From an uncultured Candidatus Saccharibacteria bacterium (GTDB taxonomy: Bacteria; Patescibacteriota; Minisyncoccia; Phycocordibacterales; Phycocordibacteraceae): a DNA stretch of 39,866 nt. The notes beneath the pieces were generated by a model. That model was not told where the DNA came from. It was given only the letters and a program-made list of their open reading frames with translations, and ran no database searches. Location: assembly GCA_964457265.1 (NCBI GenBank), contig CAYWEI010000003.1, positions 3,732 to 43,597 on the forward strand, written 5' to 3'. Positions 14,311 to 23,087 of this stretch are shown here, in pieces. Each line of letters opens with the position of its first letter. The stretch's first letter is position 1. Position numbers and translations under genes: made by a program.

Positions 14311-15990
14311 ATGCCATCAGCAGCACCAGATCCGAAAGCGGGAGCTCCGAGCGGGAACTCGACCGCAGGAACCATACCCGCGGCAGCCGTCGAGGATCGT
14401 TCCCAGTACATCCGCACCATGGCGAAGGACATGGCCGCCATAACCGGAGGAGGGAAGGCCGCGGCAGCACCGGCTCAAGCCGTAGTGCCGACGAAAAAAG
14501 AAGAGATGGTGGGAGGGGTGGGCCTTCCCGTAAGCGAACAGCCGTTCTTCGATCGCGCCCAGCTTAAGAAGGAGGATCGCCCGCAGGAGACTATTGCGCT
14601 TCCTTCCGTTACGGAGGCGACCGAGATAGTCTCGCAGGCGGCTCCTGTGCCAGCCGCACAACCGGTTCCGCAAGCGCAGCCTTCGCCTACCGTAGCCGAT
14701 AAGGATGGTGAACGGGCCGCGATACTCGAGCGTCTGCGCCAGAAGGTAGAGAGCAGCGCCCCGCCTATCCAGAGTTCGACTGCTCCCGTCGCTCCGCCAG
14801 TTCCGGTTCCTCCCGCGCCTGCGCCTGTCTCTGTTCCGCAGCAGCCTATTCCTACGCCTCCGCCAGCTCCAATTTCGCCGCCGCCTGTCGCTCCGCCAGT
14901 TCCGGCTCCTCCCGCGCCTGCGCCTGTACGGCCGCCGCTTCCTAAGAACGAATGGCCGGACATACCCGTACCCGCTCCCGCGTTCCAGCCCCCCTTGGAA
15001 GAGACTGCTCCCGTGCCGCGCATGCCGCAGGTCACTCGCACGCCTGTCGCGCCGGCGACTCCCGCGCCTTATGCCGGCCTCAATACCTATGCCGCTGACT
15101 TCGCTGACCGTCTTGATTCCCGGGGCGCGACCGCATTCTCGGTGCTTGCAGCGGAGCAGGACGCGAAAGGCGCTACGCGGCCGCAAGCCCTTACGCAGAG
15201 GAAGGATCGCATGCGTCCGGTACTCATCGTGGGTTCCGGCATCCTGCTCCTCGTGCTCGCAGGAGGCGGCATCTTCGCGACGTATCAGTTCGTCATGAAC
15301 AAGGACACAGCTCCGGTGGCGCCCCTCAGCGTCCCTTCCATCGTGTTCGCTGATGAATACAAGGAACTCGAAGGCTCCGGTACTGAACTCATGAGCGCGC
15401 TCGCCGCTGCGGCTGCGAGCACGCTGGTTCCCGGAAACGTGCTCGTGACGTATGTCACCGAGCCGATTTCCGACACTAAGGGCATAACCATCCAGAAGCC
15501 GGCGGCCGGCGGAGCGCTGATACGCGCGCTCGAGCTTCCGGCACCGGATATCCTGCTCCGCAATATCGCGGACGAGAGCACGGTCGGCATCGTTCGCGCA
15601 GGAGATGAGACGCGTCCGTTCCTAGCGCTTCGCGTGGATTCCTATGAACGGACCTATGCCGGCATGCTCACCTGGGAGCCGCTCATGGAACGCGATCTCG
15701 CCACGCTGTACCCGCTCTATCCCGCCCGGGTCGTTCCCGTTCCGGTATCCGCTGCTATCTCTACTACGACAGCCACTAGTACGCAGGCTCAGCCGCCTGA
15801 GCCCATCCAGGCGCCGGCGCTCACGCGATTCGCGGATGCGATCGTCTCGAATCATGACGTGCGCGTCCTTCGCGATTCATCTGGGGCGTCCCTCATCCTT
15901 TACGGCTACGTCGACAAGCAGACGCTCATCATCGTGCGCGATGAGGCCGCTTTCGACATCATCCTTGCTCGTCTTGAGCAGAAAAAATAG
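14311..15990 (+). CDS. Pro/Ala-rich single-pass membrane protein, unknown function
   Basis: 559 aa. Long PxP low-complexity N-terminal half with a 33-aa internal repeat, a TM segment RPVLIVGSGILLLVLAGGGIFATYQFV, and a ~240-aa C-terminal domain with no recognised motif. Confidence 0.6.
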   Translation: MPSAAPDPKAGAPSGNSTAGTIPAAAVEDRSQYIRTMAKDMAAITGGGKAAAAPAQAVVPTKKEEMVGGVGLPVSEQPFFDRAQLKKEDRPQETIALPSVTEATEIVSQAAPVPAAQPVPQAQPSPTVADKDGERAAILERLRQKVESSAPPIQSSTAPVAPPVPVPPAPAPVSVPQQPIPTPPPAPISPPPVAPPVPAPPAPAPVRPPLPKNEWPDIPVPAPAFQPPLEETAPVPRMPQVTRTPVAPATPAPYAGLNTYAADFADRLDSRGATAFSVLAAEQDAKGATRPQALTQRKDRMRPVLIVGSGILLLVLAGGGIFATYQFVMNKDTAPVAPLSVPSIVFADEYKELEGSGTELMSALAAAAASTLVPGNVLVTYVTEPISDTKGITIQKPAAGGALIRALELPAPDILLRNIADESTVGIVRAGDETRPFLALRVDSYERTYAGMLTWEPLMERDLATLYPLYPARVVPVPVSAAISTTTATSTQAQPPEPIQAPALTRFADAIVSNHDVRVLRDSSGASLILYGYVDKQTLIIVRDEAAFDIILARLEQKK

Positions 15991-16040
15991 GCGGCTCCGG
16001 AGCTTTTAAGGCCGCGGCCGCGTGTGGTACAGTACGCGGA

Positions 16041-16394
16041 ATGAATACCGAACAGTACCGTGCACGCCTCGAAGAAGAGCAGAGCAGCCTTGAAGCCGAG
16101 CTGATGACGATCGGACGCCGTAATCCGGAGAATCCTAATGACTGGGAAGCGCTTCCGCAGGAAACCGGACAGGAGTCCGACCCTAACGATGCTGCAGACC
16201 TCATATCGCATTACGAAGACAACACCGCGATCCTTAAGGATCTCGAGATACGCTTCAATGAAGTAGGCGCAGCCTTGCTTCGACTAGAGGAAGGGACGTA
16301 TGGCATCTGCTCCGTCGGAGGAGAGCCCATCGAAGAGGAGCGCTTGAATGCTGACCCCGCAGCCGGCACCTGCAAGGCGCACATGGGCGCGTAA
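16041..16394 (+). CDS. DksA/TraR-family protein with a degenerate (2-Cys) zinc finger
   Basis: Coiled N-terminus plus C-terminal GTYGICSVGGEPIEEERLNADPAAGTC, which resembles the DksA C4 finger but lacks two Cys. Confidence 0.68.
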   Translation: MNTEQYRARLEEEQSSLEAELMTIGRRNPENPNDWEALPQETGQESDPNDAADLISHYEDNTAILKDLEIRFNEVGAALLRLEEGTYGICSVGGEPIEEERLNADPAAGTCKAHMGA

Positions 16395-16406
16395 TCATCC
16401 GCACGC

Positions 16407-16442
16407 ATGAAAAGCGCTCCGCATGACGGGGCGCTTTTCATA
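16407..16442 (+). terminator. rho-independent terminator
   Basis: atgaaaagcgc...gcgcttttcat followed by attt. Confidence 0.7.
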
Positions 16443-16474
16443 TTTACCTTATCTCCCTGTAGTACCGTGCGCAC

Positions 16475-18007
16475 ATGGAAGAAACACAAGCCAAGGAGGA
16501 AGAGGTGAGCGGATACGCATCGATCATCGCGGCCCAGCCAGTGGGAGCGAACGCGGAGCTCGTGATTATCGAAGCTGACCTCACGCGCGGATTGCACGCA
16601 TTCTCGGTGGTAGGCCTCGCCGATAAGGCCGTCGACGAGTCGAGAGACCGGGTCTCGGCCGCGATACGGCATAGCGGATTCAAGCCGCCCAAATCGGAGA
16701 ATCTGAAGATCGTGCTTTCGCTTTCCCCCGCCGACCTGAAGAAAGAGGGCTCGCACTACGACCTGCCGCTCGCGCTCTGCTACCTGGCGGCGACGAAGAT
16801 ACTGGTGCTTCCGGAAGAGCCTGCACTCTTCGCGGGAGAACTATCGCTGGACGGAAGACTCCGCACCGTGCGGGGGATACTTCCGCAGGCGGTAGCCGCG
16901 AAGAAGGCCGGCATACGCACTCTGTTCGTACCGCCCGGAAATGCGCAGGAAGCGTTGCTCGCCAACGGCATGACGATATTCGCGCCCGACACGCTCCGGG
17001 ATCTCGTACTGCATCTGACCGGAGAGAAGGCTCTCGATGAAGCGGTTGCGGACGAGCGGACGCACCGCACGCCGCCCACTATCGACCTCGCCGATATACG
17101 GGGACAGGAGAGCGCGAAGCGCGCGCTCGTGATAGCCGCCGCAGGCCGCCACAACCTCGTGCTCTATGGGCCGCCCGGAACAGGGAAGACCATGCTTGCC
17201 CGGGCGCTCCCGGGAATCCTTCCCGAACTCTCGGGCGATGATGTGCTCGAAGTGACCGCGATACACTCGACGGCCGGCACCCTGCGGGAAGGAGAGGCGC
17301 TCTTCTGGCCGCCTTTCCGCACGCCGCATCACAGCATCTCGCATACGGCGATGGTCGGCGGCGGCGCATTCCCGCGAGCCGGGGAAGTCACGCTCGCGCA
17401 CAAGGGAGTGCTCTTCCTCGACGAGCTCGTAGAGTTCAGCGCGCAGACGCTCGAAGCGCTCCGTCAGCCGCTCGAGGATCGGGTGGTCACGGTCTCCCGA
17501 GCAAAGGCGAGCGTGACGTTCCCGGCGGATTGCATGATAGTGGCTGCCATGAATCCGGCGGACACGCTCTCGAACGATGCGGAAGTAGCCGTACGGCAAG
17601 CTCTCAAGCAGTCCCGGAAGCTCTCGAGACCGATAGCCGATCGCCTGGACCTATGGACCGAAGTACCGCACATCTCTCATGATGCTCTCGCCGGACTCCC
17701 GGGAGGGGAGCCGTCCGAATCAGTGCGGGTACAGGTCGCGAAGGCACGAGCCCGATCCGACAGCAGAGGCGTGGCGAATGCCCGGCTCTCTTCGCGCGAT
17801 CTCGATGCGAAAGGGAATTTCACTGAAGAAGCGAAATCGGCGCTGCTCACTGCCGCCACCAAGCTCGACCTCTCTCCCCGCTCCTATCACCGCATGATGC
17901 GCGTAGCACGCACGATCGCTGACCTGGCGGAATCGGATACGGTAGAAGCGGCCCACATACTCGAGGCGCTCCAGTATCGCCCGAAGGGGCTGCTCGGTTT
18001 CGAATAG
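16475..18007 (+). CDS. comM: Mg-chelatase-like AAA+ ATPase YifB/ComM
   Basis: N-terminal Lon-like [26 protein letters not shown], Walker [12 protein letters not shown], Walker [12 protein letters not shown]-terminal ChlI-like tail. Confidence 0.92.
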   Translation: MEETQAKEEEVSGYASIIAAQPVGANAELVIIEADLTRGLHAFSVVGLADKAVDESRDRVSAAIRHSGFKPPKSENLKIVLSLSPADLKKEGSHYDLPLALCYLAATKILVLPEEPALFAGELSLDGRLRTVRGILPQAVAAKKAGIRTLFVPPGNAQEALLANGMTIFAPDTLRDLVLHLTGEKALDEAVADERTHRTPPTIDLADIRGQESAKRALVIAAAGRHNLVLYGPPGTGKTMLARALPGILPELSGDDVLEVTAIHSTAGTLREGEALFWPPFRTPHHSISHTAMVGGGAFPRAGEVTLAHKGVLFLDELVEFSAQTLEALRQPLEDRVVTVSRAKASVTFPADCMIVAAMNPADTLSNDAEVAVRQALKQSRKLSRPIADRLDLWTEVPHISHDALAGLPGGEPSESVRVQVAKARARSDSRGVANARLSSRDLDAKGNFTEEAKSALLTAATKLDLSPRSYHRMMRVARTIADLAESDTVEAAHILEALQYRPKGLLGFE

Positions 18008-18033
18008 GGAGACAGTGATTGAGGCGTACGACG

Positions 18034-18055
18034 AAGGGCCCCTTTCGGGGCCCTT
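18034..18055. terminator. bidirectional terminator between comM and the LysM-M23 gene
   Basis: aagggcccc-tttc-ggggccctt. Confidence 0.7.
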
Positions 18056-18081
18056 AACGACACGGCTGACTTCTTTGCGTG

Positions 18082-19272
18082 CTAGCTACCGAAAGGGTTC
18101 TTCGCGCCGCGCACCTCGAAGTGGAGGTGATAGCCCGTAGCTTCGCCGGTCTTTCCGACAGAACCGATCTGCTCGCCCTTCGCGACCGATTGCCCGACGG
18201 AGACCATGTCCGTCGTCATGTGGGCGTAGAGCGTCTGCACGCCGTTGCCATGATCGATCACTACGTAGTTGCCGTACCCTCCGTTCCAGCCGCCGACGCG
18301 GGAAACGATGACGGTGCCTCCGGCCGCAGCGAAGATAGGGCTTCCCATAGGCGCCGCGATGTCGACACTGTTCCATCCGTGGATGCCTTGAGAGAGACGT
18401 CCTGCCGGTACGGGATTGGTGAACCCGCTCGATGCCGTGCTGCTCGTGTCGCCCGTAGGGAGGATGGAGCCCATGCCGCCGCCCATCTTGATCTTCGGCT
18501 TCGAGACGGTCGCGGCCTTCCCCTTAGCCGAGGCCGATGCGACCTTCGCCTTCGCGACGGCCTTCGCAGGAGCCGCAGCGACTTCGCCGCCCGGAATGAT
18601 GATATTGCTTCCCGCTGTCAGGCCCGCATCCGTATCGAGACCGTTGTAGGAGGCGATCTCGTCCGCATCAGAACCGTAATCCTTAGCCAAGGAAGCGAGC
18701 GTCTCGCCCTTCCCTATAGTGTGACGGAGACCCGATACCGGAAGGATAACGAGCGTAGAGCCAGGAGTGATGGCGCTCTTCGTCGTCAGATTATTCGCCC
18801 AGAGAATCGTGTTCACGGAAACGTCGAACATGTCTGCGATATCCGAGAGGGAGTCGCCTTCTCGTACGGTATAGCTCGAGATGCGGCCGCCGGTCACGCT
18901 GCGATCGACATCGACGATGGTGCCGTCAGGTCCCGCATAGGCGATAAGAGCGGACCCGCCAGCTAGCGAAACGCCGCCCCGGCCCTTGGCCGGGTTAGGG
19001 TCTGGGTTAATGGCAGCCTCGAGGAGGTCGATGCTGCTGTCGTGAAGGAGAGGGGAGGCGGCTCCGGAAGCGTTAGTTACGGAAAATGGCCAGAACGCGC
19101 CTGCGGTGTGCGGCATCAGGATGATTCCTATCCCCAAAAGGAGGCTTGCGGCGATTAAAGCGCCAGGAATCCAGTATGCATGCCGACTCGCATCTAGCAC
19201 TCGAGAGTCTGCAGGGTTCTTAGGGTCAAAGATAGTGGAAACAGGGGACTTCAGCCGTTCTTCAGAATACAA
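18082..19272 (-). CDS. membrane-anchored LysM (x2) + M23 metallopeptidase (cell-wall hydrolase)
   Basis: Two LysM motifs (YTVREGDSLSDIADMFDVSVNTILWANNL and HTIGKGETLASLAKDYGSDADEIASYNGL). M23 motifs VDIAAP, YGNYVVIDHGNG, TGYHLHFEV. The start is TTG, and an in-frame TAA lies 3 codons upstream. Confidence 0.9.
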   Translation of the reverse strand: MYSEERLKSPVSTIFDPKNPADSRVLDASRHAYWIPGALIAASLLLGIGIILMPHTAGAFWPFSVTNASGAASPLLHDSSIDLLEAAINPDPNPAKGRGGVSLAGGSALIAYAGPDGTIVDVDRSVTGGRISSYTVREGDSLSDIADMFDVSVNTILWANNLTTKSAITPGSTLVILPVSGLRHTIGKGETLASLAKDYGSDADEIASYNGLDTDAGLTAGSNIIIPGGEVAAAPAKAVAKAKVASASAKGKAATVSKPKIKMGGGMGSILPTGDTSSTASSGFTNPVPAGRLSQGIHGWNSVDIAAPMGSPIFAAAGGTVIVSRVGGWNGGYGNYVVIDHGNGVQTLYAHMTTDMVSVGQSVAKGEQIGSVGKTGEATGYHLHFEVRGAKNPFGS

Positions 19273-19323
19273 AATGGCTTAGGTAAGCCATCCTTGCGTG
19301 TCAGATAATCGTTCGATGAAGGT

Positions 19324-19351
19324 AGTATAAACGCTGTGAGACAAGGGTCAA
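19324..19351 (-). promoter_or_regulatory. candidate promoter of the LysM-M23 gene (TTGACC - 16 nt - TATACT on the minus strand)
   Basis: ggtcaa at 19346-19351 and agtata at 19324-19329 on the plus strand. Confidence 0.35.
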
Positions 19352-19437
19352 CCTTGCCAGAATGAAGAAAAGTGGAGAGCGGACAGAGAGACAATTTGTC
19401 AAAAGCATGTCATTAAATGGATATTTCCGGCGCTTCA

Positions 19438-19546
19438 CCGAGGTATTTTTCACCCGCTCGATGGGTCCCGCGTTCAGTTTCTTAGCACCTCCGCAAGTCG
19501 GCTGAAACTGAACGGATCGTCCGCGCTTCTGAAAAAAATACCTCGG
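19438..19546. ncRNA. structured RNA element, copy 1 (family unassigned; strand ambiguous, plus slightly favoured)
   Basis: Outer stem ccgaggtattttt/aaaaatacctcgg. Inner stem cgttcagtttc/gaaactgaacg. Apical loop acctccgcaagtcggct shared with 39628-39740, where both stems differ but remain paired. Confidence 0.5.
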
Positions 19547-19607
19547 GTTCGCTTCCGTTCGAATCTTTGACCCGCTGTTAGCGAGGGATGCATGCTCCGA
19601 GGTATAG

Positions 19608-22244
19608 TTGTGCGATATGCAGTACCTTGATGGCCTTAACGATGCGCAGCGGGAAGCAGTCCTTACCACGAACGGGCCCGTCTCCGTACTGGCGGGCGCA
19701 GGGTCGGGGAAGACCCGCGTGCTCACTACCCGTATCTACCACCTTATCCGTGAAGGCGTGCCGGCTGACCGCATCCTCGCGGTGACCTTCACTAACAAGG
19801 CCGCTCGGGAGATGAAAGAACGCCTCCGGGAACGGCTGGGAGACAGTCCGCTGCCTTTCGTCGCCACGTTCCACGGGCTCGGGAGGGAGATCCTGGAGCG
19901 CTACGGCACGCGTATCGGCATCCCTCGCTATTTCACGATCTTCGATCGCGACGATTCCAAGAGCGCCATCAAGCAGGTCCTCAAAGAGATGGATATCGAC
20001 TCGAAGGAAATATCGCCAGGGTTCGTGCTATCACGCATATCGAAAGAGAAGGGGGAGGGGAATACTCCGGAGGCATTCCGCGAGAAGTACGGACGCCAGA
20101 GCTTCAACTCGAGAGTAGTGGCCGAGGTATGGCCGCGTTATGAGGCTATCGTACGCAAGGAAAAGGCACTCGACTTCGATGATCTCATATGCCTGCCCGT
20201 AAGGCTCCTGCGCGACCACGAGGACGTGCGAGCGCTCGCCGAGCAGCTATTCACGCATGTGCACGTCGACGAATACCAGGATACGAACGGCCTGCAAGGA
20301 ACCCTGGCCGGCTATCTTTCTTCCGTACACAAGAACCTTTTCGTGGTAGGTGACATCGATCAGTGCCTTATAGCAGGTACTGACGTGCATATGTCTGACG
20401 GCACGAAGAAGCCCATCGAACTGGTTAAGGAAGGTGATTCAATCTTGTCGAATTATGGGAGCGGTGACATGCGCGCGGCCCAAGTTACGAAAGCAATGGA
20501 AAGAACATTCACGGGCGACCTCATCCGTATCGTGACTACGTCTGGCCGCAGTATCACGAGTACGCCAGAGCATGTGCATTTCGCCGGATATCCGCACCAT
20601 CAGGAACAAGCGAGTCAAGACAATATTGTTATCTCCCTTTGTGGAGATCGTCGAGGAAAGACACCCATGCATCGCATATCGATGATAGGAAGCGACTCGG
20701 TAGGGAAGGGAATCCTCAGAGAGGCCGGATTCTCTGTACGTGACGCGAAGATAGGATCGAAGAGCTGGAGATTCGAGACATCAAGGGCAGACTATGGAGA
20801 AGTCCGCGCACTGGCCCAGAAGCTTCAGGGATTATTCCCCGAGGCTCAGATTGTCGAGACCGCTCGCTTAGGAGGAGCGAAAGCGAATCCGAAGGATGGG
20901 AATTCCTTGTCATTCCTTCCTGCAGGCTCAGTCCTACCGGGCATGGCGATGTTCGATCAGGAAGGAGGATGGGAAATAGTCGATACCGTCGAACGCGTTC
21001 CAGCGAGGGATGTGCCGGTATATGACCTCAATATCGAGAACACGCATAATTTCATCGCGAACGGACTCTCGACTCACAACTGCATCTATACCTGGAGAGG
21101 GGCCACGATAGAGAATCTCCTCGGCTTCGATGAACGATATCCGAATGCAAAAAATATCGTGCTTGCCCACAACTACCGATCGACCAAGACCATCGTCGCG
21201 GCAGGCAACCAGATCATCGAGAAGAACCGGAACCGGAAGGAGAAGCATGCGGTCACCGACAACCCTGACGGGGAACCTATACGGCTCTACCAGGCTGCCA
21301 ATGCTGAGCAAGAAGCGACGTGGATCGCCCGCCAGATCCGAGCGGCCATGCGCGAAGGAGTCGCGCCTGAAGAGATAGCTATCCTATTCCGCACCAACTT
21401 CCAATCCCGCGCGCTTGAAGAAGCGGTGCTTGCAGCCGGTATCCCGTACAAGGTGCTCGGAACGAAATTCCTCGACCGGAAGGAAGTGAAAGACGTGCTC
21501 TCGTGGGTCAGGCTCGCGCTTGAGCCCTCGCGAGAGGCGGATCGCATGCGAGCGGTCCAGTCGCCTCCGCGCGGCATCGGCAAGGTGACGCTCGGCAAGA
21601 TGGCGGAAGGGAAGCGCGATACCCTCAAGCCCGCAGAACGGACGAAGGTGGCTGCATTCGAGAATCTCGTGAACGAGCTCTCGGAACTCGCGAAAATCGC
21701 GATCCCTTCCTCATTCGTGAAGATAGTGATCGAGAAATCAGGCATGGCCGCGAGCCTGCTCAAGGAAGGCGAGGAAGGGCAGGAGCGGCTGGAGAACGTG
21801 AAGGAGCTCGCGACGCTCGCGAGCCGGTTCGACGGTCTCCCTGGAGAAGAGGGGCTGGCAGCATTCCTTGCCGATGCGTCGCTCGCAGGAGACCAGGATG
21901 AGATAGATCGCGATCCCACTAAGACCGGAGTCACGCTCATGACGGTACATGCCGCGAAAGGACTCGAATTCGATACCGTCTTCGTGACCGGTCTCGAGGA
22001 AGGCCTGTTCCCGCACGGCGGCCATGACGACGAGAAGCGGGACGAGGAAGAGGAGCGCCGGCTTTTCTATGTCGCCGTAACCCGCGCCAAGCGCAGGCTC
22101 CACCTCACGTTCGCCCAGGTTCGCCGCATCTATGGCACCGATTTCTTCTCCGAGCCCTCGTCTTTCATCCGGGATATCGATGACAGCCTCGTGTCGTATT
22201 CAGAAGGGAACGACCCGTACGCCGAACACGTGATACATATATAG
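19608..22244 (+). CDS. uvrD: UvrD/PcrA-type DNA helicase, interrupted by an intein
   Basis: LNDAQREAV, Walker A AGAGSGKT, TFTNKAAREM, VDEYQDTN, then VVGDIDQ|intein|CIYTWRGAT (motif III), and C-terminal VHAAKGLEF / LFYVAVTRAK. TTG at 19608 sits 5 nt after GAGG. The alternative start is ATG at 19617. Confidence 0.93.
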   Translation: MCDMQYLDGLNDAQREAVLTTNGPVSVLAGAGSGKTRVLTTRIYHLIREGVPADRILAVTFTNKAAREMKERLRERLGDSPLPFVATFHGLGREILERYGTRIGIPRYFTIFDRDDSKSAIKQVLKEMDIDSKEISPGFVLSRISKEKGEGNTPEAFREKYGRQSFNSRVVAEVWPRYEAIVRKEKALDFDDLICLPVRLLRDHEDVRALAEQLFTHVHVDEYQDTNGLQGTLAGYLSSVHKNLFVVGDIDQCLIAGTDVHMSDGTKKPIELVKEGDSILSNYGSGDMRAAQVTKAMERTFTGDLIRIVTTSGRSITSTPEHVHFAGYPHHQEQASQDNIVISLCGDRRGKTPMHRISMIGSDSVGKGILREAGFSVRDAKIGSKSWRFETSRADYGEVRALAQKLQGLFPEAQIVETARLGGAKANPKDGNSLSFLPAGSVLPGMAMFDQEGGWEIVDTVERVPARDVPVYDLNIENTHNFIANGLSTHNCIYTWRGATIENLLGFDERYPNAKNIVLAHNYRSTKTIVAAGNQIIEKNRNRKEKHAVTDNPDGEPIRLYQAANAEQEATWIARQIRAAMREGVAPEEIAILFRTNFQSRALEEAVLAAGIPYKVLGTKFLDRKEVKDVLSWVRLALEPSREADRMRAVQSPPRGIGKVTLGKMAEGKRDTLKPAERTKVAAFENLVNELSELAKIAIPSSFVKIVIEKSGMAASLLKEGEEGQERLENVKELATLASRFDGLPGEEGLAAFLADASLAGDQDEIDRDPTKTGVTLMTVHAAKGLEFDTVFVTGLEEGLFPHGGHDDEKRDEEEERRLFYVAVTRAKRRLHLTFAQVRRIYGTDFFSEPSSFIRDIDDSLVSYSEGNDPYAEHVIHI
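20364..21080 (+). mobile_element. intein (239 aa) inserted in helicase motif III of uvrD/pcrA
   Basis: Begins CLIAGTDVHMSDG (block A) and has TSTPEHVHF (block B TxxH). Ends VYDLNIENTHNFIANGLSTHN, followed by +1 Cys (CIYTWRGA). Removing it restores VGDIDQ-C/S-IYTWRGA. Confidence 0.88.
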
Positions 22245-22245
22245 G

Positions 22246-23019
22246 ATGTTCGCCAAGAAATCCCTCGGTCAGAATTTCCTCATGCACGCGCAGACCGCGG
22301 AGCGTATCGTGAACGCTGCAGGCATAGCCTCGAGCGATACCGTGCTCGAAGTGGGCCCTGGTACCGGCATGCTTACGCGCGTACTGCTTGCTCGCGCTGC
22401 CCGAGTAGTGGCGGTCGAGGCCGATCACGCCCTCGTCGAGACCCTTGAAGAGACCTTCGCCGCAGAGATCGAGGAGGGGAGACTCCTCCTCGTCCATGAG
22501 GACATCCGGAATTTCGATGCAAGAACGATCTCCGGCGAGTATTCGCTGGTCGCGAATATACCGTATTACATAACCGGCGAGATCATCCGCCAATTCCTGA
22601 CGAGCGAGCACCAGCCCCGGTCCATGACCCTTCTCGTACAGAAAGAAGTGGCCGAACGCATAGCCCGTTCCAAGAAGGAAAGCCTGCTATCGCTCTCCGT
22701 AAAGGCGTACGGCACGCCTAAATACGTGTTTACCGTGCCGCGCGGCGCATTCCGGCCCGCACCGAACGTCGATTCTGCAGTACTCCATATAAAGGACATA
22801 ACCCGGAGCCTTTTCGCCAGCCTGGCTCATGAGACCCGTTTCTTCGAGGTCCTTCATGCAGGATTCGCTCATAAGCGTAAGCAGCTGGGGAATAATCTCG
22901 AGCCATTGGGCGATAAGGAGCGGGTGCTCGCGGCACTCGCGGTCGCTGCGACGAAACCCACCGCACGCGCTGAAGACCTATCCCTCGCGTCCTGGCTGAC
23001 ACTCAGCAAGGAACTCTGA
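22246..23019 (+). CDS. rsmA: 16S rRNA (adenine1518/1519-N6)-dimethyltransferase
   Basis: KSLGQNFL, SAM motif VLEVGPGTGMLT, NIPYYIT. Confidence 0.93.
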   Translation: MFAKKSLGQNFLMHAQTAERIVNAAGIASSDTVLEVGPGTGMLTRVLLARAARVVAVEADHALVETLEETFAAEIEEGRLLLVHEDIRNFDARTISGEYSLVANIPYYITGEIIRQFLTSEHQPRSMTLLVQKEVAERIARSKKESLLSLSVKAYGTPKYVFTVPRGAFRPAPNVDSAVLHIKDITRSLFASLAHETRFFEVLHAGFAHKRKQLGNNLEPLGDKERVLAALAVAATKPTARAEDLSLASWLTLSKEL

Positions 23020-23087
23020 TTTCGTCGCGACGATTAATGCACAGCAGACGTACCTTATAGGTGAAGGGTGCGTGAGTCGCGCGTGCT

